Part shown: positions 8,302 through 16,770 of the stretch, piece by piece
Position numbering within the stretch: the first letter of the stretch is position 1
How the letters are laid out: each line of letters opens with the position of its first letter
Assembly (NCBI RefSeq): GCF_006345805.1
Contig: NW_021825279.1
Coordinates: 1-16,770 of the forward strand
Direction of reading: 5' to 3'
Source of the DNA: Octopus sinensis
Taxonomy: Eukaryota
DNA: 16,770 bases
Program-made: the position numbers and the translations under genes
Notes under the pieces: generated by a model
Databases searched by the model: none
The model's input: the letters and a program-made list of their open reading frames with translations, nothing else
What the model was told of the DNA's origin: nothing

Positions 8302-8517
8302 CCAGCACCGCCTGACTGGCCCTCGTGCTGTTGGCACGTAAAAGCACCCACTACACTTGCGGAGTGGTTGGCGTTAGGAAGGGCATCCAGCTGTAGAAAC
8401 ACTGCCAAATCAAGATTGGAGCCTGGTGCAGCCATCTGATTCGCCAGTCCTCAGTCAAATCGTCCAACTCATGCTAGCATGGAAAGCGGACGTTAAACGT
8501 CAACGGTGATGATGATG
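8302..8517 (+). mobile_element. 3' part of a SINE (family C) with an RTE-type (GAT)n tail
   Basis: GTTGGCGTTAGGAAGGGCATCCAGCTGTAG body and tail CATGCTAGCATGGAAAGCGGACGTTAAAC...GATGATGATG. A left stub at about 8065-8083 precedes the inserted family A copy. Confidence 0.7.
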
Positions 8518-8552
8518 TTCTAGTCGGGAGAAAAGACAGTAGCGCTTGTGGT

Positions 8553-8795
8553 GGTGGCGTGTGGTTTAGTAGTTAGTGTGTTGGACTCGTGATGACATGA
8601 GTGTGGTTTCGATTCCTGGACTGGGTGCCATGTTGTGTTCTGGAGCAAAGTACTTAACATCAGGTTGCTCCAGTTCACCCAGCTGGCAAAAATGAGTAAT
8701 CCAGCGACCGAGCGTCGTCCCATCCAAGGCGTACATATCCGTCACGGAAACAGGGAAACTGGCCCCTTGAATCTATATGACTCGGGAAGGGTCTT
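8553..8795 (+). mobile_element. Diverged tRNA-derived SINE (family D)
   Basis: A-box-like TGGTTTAGTAGT (8562-8573), B-box-like GGTTTCGATTCC (8605-8616), then a CORE-like TTGTGTTCTGGAGCAAAGTACTTAAC and GTTGCTCCAGTTCACCCAGCTGGCAAAAATGAGT. Confidence 0.7.
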
Positions 8796-8974
8796 TTATA
8801 TCTTTATACTGTCTGTGACTCCTTGCAGGGCTTGAGAGAGCGAGAGAGAGAGCTAGGTTTCCCCAAACCAAAAACCTGGCCTCAATGCTTGCATCAGAAA
8901 CTCAACCAAAGTATCAGGTGGTGGTGATAAACCGAACGACATATTAAGTCTGTCATTCATGTAGATAGGCCATG

Positions 8975-9218
8975 GTTAAATTTGAACTCAGAACGCAGAT
9001 AATCGAAGCAAATACCACAAAAGCAACCGGTTGGACGTTCTTATTGTTTCGTCAATCCATCATCTTGGGTTGGTACCTTTTTTTTTTCTAATCGACTGCC
9101 GAAAAGAATGAAAAACTAACCTGAGTGGATTTGAACTCACTGAGAGTGCAACAGTCAGAGTGAATACTATGAGGCAGTTTATCCAACGCTCTCACAACCC
9201 TGCCGATTCGCTGCCTTT
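8975..9218 (-). mobile_element. Two heavily decayed family A-related SINE fragments (about 8975-9050 and 9070-9218)
   Basis: AATTTGAACTCAGAACG and GGATTTGAACTCA B-box remnants; AATCGACTGCCGAAAAGAATGAAA resembles TATCGACCCCGAAAGGATGAAA. Confidence 0.55.
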
Positions 9219-9221
9219 GTG

Positions 9222-9640
9222 GCAAGACGTAGAGGAGTAATGGAGGAACGATATCATCCATTGATTTCCTCTGCCCATTATTCCCGGGCGTGTCGTAGGG
9301 GAGGAACCCTCAAGCACCTCTACCATATGCAATCGCCATTAAACTTTCCACCTGGATTCTCAAGCATTGATCAACTGAGATTTTGGATATTATCTGACAG
9401 TCTCGTTCTTGGTATAGCCTTAGGTCTCTAGCCGGTTGGAAAGACTTGAAGAATTCGTCTTATGGTTCTGTCCTACGATTTTCTCGTCACATGCCGTGGT
9501 ACAAGAGCCGTGATAGATATACTTCTCAATCTAGTAAAGGCAGCGGCTCAGTTATGGAAAGACTCGCTGACCTACGAGCTATGCAATCCTGTCGAGTACG
9601 GGGGGGACAACTCTGAATACGTTTCGATCATATTATGACA
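9222..9640 (-). mobile_element. Decayed 3' end of an RTE-clade-like LINE (ORF C-terminus after the RT domain)
   Basis: Hand translation across frameshifts and stops gives EPLPLL.(R)IEK...RHVTRKS*DRTIRRILQVFPTG*RPKAIPRTRLSDNIQNLS*SMLRIQVESLMAIAYGR. This resembles the RTE C-terminal pattern LRWxGHVxRM..R..RR.L...P.G.RPRGRPR.RW.D. Confidence 0.75.
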
Positions 9641-9899
9641 TCGTCAGTGGAACATATGCCTTACCCGTACTTTACAAAGTAGCGACGAGAGAACTGAACT
9701 GCTGAAAAAAAAAAAAAAGATGTTCCAAGATTATATATATTGGCTGACTTAGAGAAAACACACACACACACCACCACCAACAACAACAACATCAACAACG
9801 TTGGAGCTGTTTGTTATCAGTGAAAGACAACCTTTAACATTTCTCATATCAGAAACAAAAATGACTTTAAGCATCTCTCTTGGCAGAAAACAAATAGCA

Positions 9900-10370
9900 G
9901 CAGTCCTCTTCTCCCCTCCATTTCCCTCCCCTCCTCCTCCTCCTCCTCCACCTCATCCCCTCTCCTCCTCCTCCTCCTTGGTCGTCGTTATGTTTCTTCA
10001 TTGCTTCAGTTCTTCTTTCTCCTCCTTGTCCTCTTTCTCTTTTTTTCTTCATCATTCCCCTCCTCCTCCTCCTTTTCTCCCCTTCTTCATGCCCTTCTCC
10101 TCCTCCTCCTTTTTATTTGCTGTTCTTCTTCTACCTTCTTTTTCTCCTCCTTGTCCTCTTTCTCTCCTTCACCTCCTATTCATTCTTCCTTTTTCTTCTC
10201 TTTTTCCTTCGTTCTCCTTTCTCTTTGTCCTCGTTCTGTTTTCTTCATCGCTCTCCTCTTTTCCTCTTCTTCATACTCTCCTTCACCTCCTCCTCCTCCT
10301 CCTTTTTCTTCTTCTTCTTCTTCTTCTTCTTCTTCTTCTTCTTCTTCTTCTTCTTCTTCTTCTTCTCTTC
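9900..10370. repeat. Pyrimidine-rich low-complexity tract ending in (TTC)n
   Basis: Read directly from the sequence. Confidence 0.95.
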
Positions 10371-10551
10371 GATGATGGCGGTGGTGTTCATATAGATTTC
10401 GCCATCAATATGGAGAATTTGTTAAACCGGTCTGCTCTCTCTTCTTCATAGAATCATTTCCCAACAAGATCCATACAATTCATTCGCTCACCTTTCAAAC
10501 TTTTGGAGTTATTTTCTCGTCTCTACTTTGCTCTTAGTACTTAAAATAAAA

Positions 10552-10588
<37 letters not shown>

Positions 10589-10724
10589 ACAGCAACAATT
10601 CGTTCTTTTCTGATCAGTATTTTGAAGTAGATAACTTAATAACTGCACACACATACACTCTATCTCGTAAAAAATTGGTTTTACATATACCCCACAATCA
10701 CATACATACGTATATTTATATATA

Positions 10725-10920
10725 TACTCTTTTACTTGTTTCAGTCATTTGACTGCGGCCATGCTGGAGCACCGCCTTTAGTCGAGCAAATCGACCCCGG
10801 GACTTATTCCTTGTAAGCCCAGTACTTATTCTATCGGTCTCTTTTTGCCGAACCGCTAAGTGACGGGGACGTAAACACACCAGCATCAGTTGTCAAGCAA
10901 TGCTAGGGGGACAAACACAG

Positions 10921-10977
<57 letters not shown>

Positions 10978-11025
10978 CGACAGGCTTCTTTCAGTTCCCG
11001 TCTACCAAATCCACTCACAAGGCAT
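10725..11025 (-). mobile_element. Family B SINE lacking its head; abuts a Helitron
   Basis: Near-identical to 1275-1592. It stops at ...CACAAGGCAT, and the head does not resume after the Helitron. Confidence 0.88.
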
Positions 11026-11028
11026 ATA

Positions 11029-11331
11029 CTAACAGTATCGCCCGGCGTTGTTCGGGTTTGTAAGGGAAATAACTATATAAGCATTTTTAGAGAGTTACTT
11101 CCCTTATATAATAGCCAAAAAATGCATTAAAAATGGGAAAAAATGATGGTAAATTTTTTTTTTTAATCGTAGACTCATCGTAGACGCGCGCTAATACCCA
11201 GAAGGGCTCGATATGAATCACGACTATAAGATACCCGGTTTTGGTTAAACTGCACCGCAAAATGTAGGAGTAGTTAGGAATCTAAATCGTAGGAGACAGA
11301 CACTCACACAACTTCACTTTTATATATAAGA
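11029..11331 (-). mobile_element. Complete non-autonomous Helitron, 303 bp
   Basis: Minus strand starts A|TCTTATATATAAAA and ends CCCGAACAACGCCGGG (hairpin)-CGATACTG-TTAG|T (CTAG decayed to TTAG). It sits in an AT dinucleotide with no TSD. A second copy starts at 16574. Confidence 0.82.
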
Positions 11332-11569
11332 TATATATATATATATACATACACATTTTTTTACGCAATTGCGTTTTCATATCCACCGCCCCCGCGATTA
11401 TCACCACACGTATCAACACGACGACCACATCACCAACATCTCCAACAATTGTAGCAAAAGCAACATGAAGACCCGACCCTGTTACTTGAAACGATCTTTT
11501 TTATTTTATTTTCATGGAGTGCACTTGGTGAATGAAACAGCCAAGAAAAACCAACAACGTAGAAATAGC

Positions 11570-12072
11570 GCGACAAGAAGAAGGGAGAGGAAGAGGAAGA
11601 GAAAAAGGAGGAGGAGAGGATGGAAGGGAGGAAGGACGGACGGAGGGGGGAAAAGGAAGAAAAAGAAGGGAATGAGAGATGAAGGGTGGAAGAGGGGGAG
11701 AAGAAAAAAGTAGAAAGAAGAGAAAAGGAAGAAGGTCAATCAAGAACAAAAACAAAAAACAGCATAAGAACGAAAGCAACAAAAAAGAAGAGCAAAAACA
11801 ACAACATAATAATAATAATAACAATAATAATAATAATAACAATAATAATAATAATAATAATAACAATAACAATAACAATAATAATAACAATAATAATAAT
11901 AATAATAATAACAATAACAATAATAATAATAATGATAATAACAATAATAACAATAATAATAACAACAACAATAATAACAATAATAATAACAATAACAATA
12001 ATAATAATAATAATAATAATAACAATAATAATAATAATAAAATAATAATAATAATAATAGTAATAATAATAA
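11570..12072. repeat. Purine-rich tract followed by about 270 bp of (AAT)n/(AAC)n
   Basis: Read directly from the sequence. Confidence 0.95.
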
Positions 12073-12398
12073 CGAAAATGGCCGCCAAATGGCTCCCTTT
12101 CTTTATCAGGGAGTAAGAATGGAAAAGTCGCTGGTTGTGGTATTTACGACCTGGGTCTCTATAACAATGGCTGACTTGGTTATATATATATCTACATCTG
12201 TCTGATGTGGTCTTTTCAGGTCTTTGTGTGCAAGTACGGCATTACGATTGGAGCCATTGTTGATATAACCGAGATGGATGCGTGACACGAAACAGAAAGC
12301 AAAACATTCTTACGCACATGCGCTCACATTTGTATATGTATGTGTGTGTGTGTGTGTGCGTCTGTGTGTGTGTGTATGTATGTATGTATGTATGTATG

Positions 12399-12445
<47 letters not shown>

Positions 12446-12607
12446 ATGTATATATATATATATATATATATACGTACATACATACGCACACACCCTATGT
12501 ACTTAACCATATGGATAGGCCTGTTGTAAATATATACACAACGTGTGTGTGTATGTATTCGTGTAGGAAGGTTACATACACGAACGTACATTCATATCAT
12601 AAATGTA

Positions 12608-12641
<34 letters not shown>

Positions 12642-12714
12642 CAGACATATGTAAAGATATACATACACATTGTATACACACATATATATATATATTACAT
12701 TATATATATATACA

Positions 12715-12718
<4 letters not shown>

Positions 12719-12780
<62 letters not shown>

Positions 12781-12806
12781 CGCATATATATGCATATTTG
12801 TGTGTA

Positions 12807-12855
<49 letters not shown>

Positions 12856-13315
12856 GTATATTCATATATGTATATGTGTGTGTGTGGGTGTGTACACATG
12901 AACACACACACACACTAAAGTACAGACAATGAAAGGAGAGACTGCAAGAATGGCTGAATGAATGAATACACGAATGAAAAACGAAAAGAAAAAAAAAGAA
13001 TTTAAAAAGAAAGATAGAGAATAGATAAAAAGAATACAAAATCAAAAATGTATCTACACACACACATACATATATATATATACATATGTATATAATATAC
13101 ACATACATATGTAACGATAAAAAAAGGGAATGAGTGATGATGATGATGATGATGATGGTGATGATGTTGTTGTTTAAAGCATTCACGTGCGTTGGAGCTA
13201 TCTATGTTGACCTTGTGTCATTGTATCATATGCATCCGACGAAGTCTCATTCATTCGCTTCTAATATGTCTTTGTGTACCAGATGACGTAACACGGTGCA
13301 GTAACGTTTTACATC

Positions 13316-13365
<50 letters not shown>

Positions 13366-13583
13366 ACATACACTCTCTGTCTCTTTCTCTTCCCCTATCT
13401 CGCCCTCTCTTTCTCCCTTTCTCTTATACAATTTCGTCTCCTTTTCTCTCCATATCTGCCTTTTGTGAAAAAAAAGCTTAGTGTAATCAAAACTCTGGGC
13501 ACTTTTGCATAACTTTTCTTGGTTCACATTGTGTGTGTGTGTGTGTGTGTGTTGTGTGTGTGTGTGTGTGTTGTGTGTGTGTG

Positions 13584-13621
<38 letters not shown>

Positions 13622-13647
13622 CGCATATATATGCATATTTGTGTGTA

Positions 13648-13709
<62 letters not shown>

Positions 13710-14207
13710 TTGTGTATATTCATATATGTATATATGTGTGTGTGTATATATATATATATATGTGTGTGTGTGGGTGTGTACACATGAACACACACACACA
13801 CACTAAAGTACAGACAATGAAAGAAGGAGAGACTGCAAGAATGGCTGAATGAATGAATACACGAATGAAAAACGAAAAGAAAAAAAAAGAATTTAAAAAG
13901 AAAGATAGAGAAATAGATAAAAAGAATACAAAATCAAAAATGTATCTACACACACACATACATATATATATATATACATATGTATATAATATACACATAC
14001 ATATGTAACGATAAAAAAAGGGAATGAGTGATGATGATGATGATGATGATGGTGATGATGTTGTGTTAAAGCATTCACGTGCGTTGGAGCTATCTATGTT
14101 GACCTTGTGTCATTGTATCATATGCATCCGACGAAGTCTCATTCATTCGCTTCTAATATGTCTTTGTGTACCAGATGACGTAACACGGTGCAGTAACGTT
14201 TTACATC

Positions 14208-14255
<48 letters not shown>

Positions 14256-14418
14256 ACATACACTCTCTGTCTCTTTCTCTTTCCCCTATCTCGCCCTCTC
14301 TTTCTCCCTTTCTCTTATACAATTTCGTCTCCTTTTCTCTCCATATCTGCCTTTTGTGAAAAAAAAGCTTAGTGTAATCAAAACTCTGGGCACTTTTGCA
14401 TAACTTTTCTTGGTTCAC

Positions 14419-14458
<40 letters not shown>
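12719..14458. repeat. Near-identical tandem duplication with a unit of about 890 bp
   Basis: CTAAAGTACAGAC at 12915 and 13803 (offset 888); GGTTCACATT at 13521 and 14412 (offset 891). Units are bounded by (TG)n tracts at about 12719, 13530 and 14421. Confidence 0.95.
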
Positions 14459-14462
<4 letters not shown>

Positions 14463-15037
14463 TATCTAAGAATGAATAAGTCAGAAAAAAATATTCAATA
14501 AAAGAGTGGGTATTATTAATCAAAGTATACAATATATATATATATATATTGCAGCTAATCCTACCATTCGGTTTCGCACTGAATATTATACCGGATGCTA
14601 GATAACACGTAAACGTGTTACCGCTTGCTCATGAAAGCTGGTAGGTACAGAAATGAAAACACGGCGACAGCTCTGGGGTTTTTTCCTCTTTTTTCATTTT
14701 TTTTTTTTTTGTGCTGTGAAAAAAGACTAAACGAACTGGACAAGGGTTTATATCATGAGTTATTTCCCTTGGTTCCAAATGTCTCTGAGATGTAACTCTA
14801 CACGAATTTTTTTTCTTTTTAGGGGTTAGGCGCTGGTATTTGTGCAATGTTGGAATGTAAGAGCTTCGAATGTGTAGGATTGGGGAAATGGGGGAGTCGG
14901 GCAGGTACCCGGACGCCTAAGCCCATCTTGGGTGGTATATGAATCTGCGTGTTTGCTTGTGTATGCTTTGTTTAAACTCCTCGCTAGGTTCTTGGGATAT
15001 GGCAGTGAAAGAGCCGAAGTTAGAGAACTGGTGATAA

Positions 15038-15900
15038 TCATGATGGGACCCGTACGTACGATAAAATATGTCTTCTTTTATATGGGCAAGAGCTAAAGAT
15101 TTCACTTCTGAAGTTTAGGCAGATGTAAGTAATTTGAATATGGTTCTTTTCTCGGCTAAACATATGTTATTAAAATAAGCCTTTTTTAATCTTACGTTTT
15201 CCTTTAACGACGATACGTGCCCTGCCATAGTTATAGCATTTCATCTCCTTGGGCATATAGGAAAAGGACTTATGGTTAATGAATCTTGTCCTAATGGGAC
15301 CTTCTTTCTCTCCCACAAACTTCAGTATGTTTGGCTGGCCATTTAGGCCTTTTGATGACACTTCTACTTCACATACGACTGTTTCCATGTTAGAGTGGCC
15401 ATCAAGGGGACATGTGGAGCTACCTCTACATATACGTCCTGCCTCTCTCTCTCAGAAGTTGGGTTCCCTACTAATATATTTTTTTACACTAGGTGCACAA
15501 TTAAAGGAAACTCTTAAGGTGTACCTACTAAAAATTTTACTGAACCTATTCGTACGGAGGACCTGTTTATCCATTAAGCTTAGGAAAATCCTACCACACA
15601 AGTTTTACGCTTAAGGAGAATGGTAGTATGAACCGTAACACATTCCGGTGACGTTTTCTCTTGGCTGGGGTTAGAGTCCGGCGCATAACTTATCTTATCT
15701 TTAAAGACAGAGCCTTATTGTAGTACGGAACAGCTGCTTCAAAAGTCTCTTTACGTGAAAATTGACTGGAAATTCTTCTGCTGGCTCCCTTTCGCAGGGT
15801 CCTGAACGCTATTGCTTGGATTACGGAAAGCTGCGTTGATGTACATCGGCCTTTCGTTCACTAAATTCGATCGAGAGGGGCGAACGGCTGCAAACTCGAT
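15038..15900 (-). mobile_element. Decayed Penelope-like element: RT thumb, Cys linker and GIY-YIG endonuclease
   Basis: Stitched hand translation: RPMYINAAFRNPS...RRISSQFSRKETFEAAVPYYNKAL...KRKRHRNVLRFILPFSLSVK/NLCGRIFLSLMDK...FSKIFSRYTLRVSFNCAPSVKKYIS...ICRGSSTCPLDGHSNMETVVCEVEV...KFVGEKEGPIRTRFINHK...CLAEK...CLNFRSEIFSSCPYKRRHILSY...stop at 15038-15040. The motif order matches Penelope-like elements (probably Neptune-type). Multiple stops and frameshifts. Confidence 0.88.
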
Positions 15901-15925
15901 AAGCTTTGGAAGGACCTCACAAACA

Positions 15926-15930
15926 ACAAT

Positions 15931-15974
<44 letters not shown>

Positions 15975-16250
15975 TCCTTCTTTCCTTCTTTCTTTCTTGC
16001 TTTCTTTCTTCCTTCCTTCCTTTCTTTCTTTATTTCCTTCTTTCTTTCTTTCTTGCTTGCTTTCTTTCTTTTCTTTCTTTCTTTCTTGCTTTCTTTCTTT
16101 CCTTCTTTCTTTCCTTCTTTCTTTCCTTCTTTCTTTCTTTCTTTCTTTCCTTCCTTCCTTCTTTCTTTCTTTCCCTTTTTCTTCTTCCTTCCTTCCTTCC
16201 TTTCTTTCTTTCTTCCTTCCTTCCTTCCTTCCTTTCTTTCTTTCTTCTTC
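15926..16250. repeat. (CTTT)n/(CTTC)n compound microsatellite
   Basis: Read directly from the sequence; it truncates the Penelope-like fragment at its 5' side. Confidence 0.95.
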
Positions 16251-16573
16251 CGTGTGCACGCGCGCACACACACACACACTGTGTATATGTGTGTATGTGC
16301 ACGTGCGTGTAATTTTATAATATATAATATATATTATATGCGTGTGTGTGTGTGTTCTGGCGGCTAAGTAGGTCGGTCAGTTACGTGTGGTTTACCGCCA
16401 AGTGTCAAAATAACAAGCAAAAAAAAAAAAATGACACAAATTCATCAAAATAACAGACGACTGTCGACTGGAAAGAAGAACAGACTTGTATTTTGGATTA
16501 AAGTATAATGCTTAACGATCAAACATTCATAAAGCATTAAACTTAAATCAATGGATCAAACATTTATAAAGCA

Positions 16574-16770
16574 CTAGCAGTATCGCCCGGCGTTGCTCGG
16601 GCTTGTAAGGGAAATAACTATATAAGCATTTTTAGAGATGTAAAGTATAACAGCCATCTCAATATGGCTAACCACAAAGGGGGGTGTTACTGTAGTTTTT
16701 CCGTTCTGAGATTTAATAATACATTTTTAGAGAGTTACTTCCCTTATATAATAGCAAAAAAATGCATTAA
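16574..16770 (-). mobile_element. Non-autonomous Helitron, longer variant; runs off the window edge
   Basis: Minus-strand 3' end CCCGAGCAACGCCGGG-CGATACTG-CTAG|T has an intact CTAG and hairpin. Homologous to 11029-11331 but with 95 extra bp. Confidence 0.85.

Noticed and set aside
10491-10540. Minus-strand exon candidate with an AG|GTGAGC donor
   Set aside because: All three frames contain stops within 48 nt.

Overview
Eukaryotic, AT-rich, microsatellite-saturated DNA. The SINE families look like those of octopus (cephalopod) genomes; this is recognition from memory, not a database result. I cannot support any intact host protein-coding gene. Nearly all listed ORFs are translations of simple repeats, so the window is probably intronic or intergenic. 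Contents: about a dozen tRNA-derived SINE copies or fragments from at least four families, several nested and with readable target-site duplications (TSDs); an intron-containing tRNA-Leu(CAA) pseudogene fused to a SINE, apparently retroposed as one unit into a site used twice; a decayed Penelope-like element (RT thumb, linker, GIY-YIG endonuclease); a decayed RTE-type LINE 3' end; two copies of a non-autonomous Helitron; three hammerhead-ribozyme-like motifs, all on the minus strand; a 16-copy 27-bp minisatellite; and a near-identical ~890-bp tandem duplication bounded by (TG)n tracts. The most interesting items are the pre-tRNA/SINE chimera, the GGT microhomology shared by the SINE TSDs, and the minimal hammerhead motifs.
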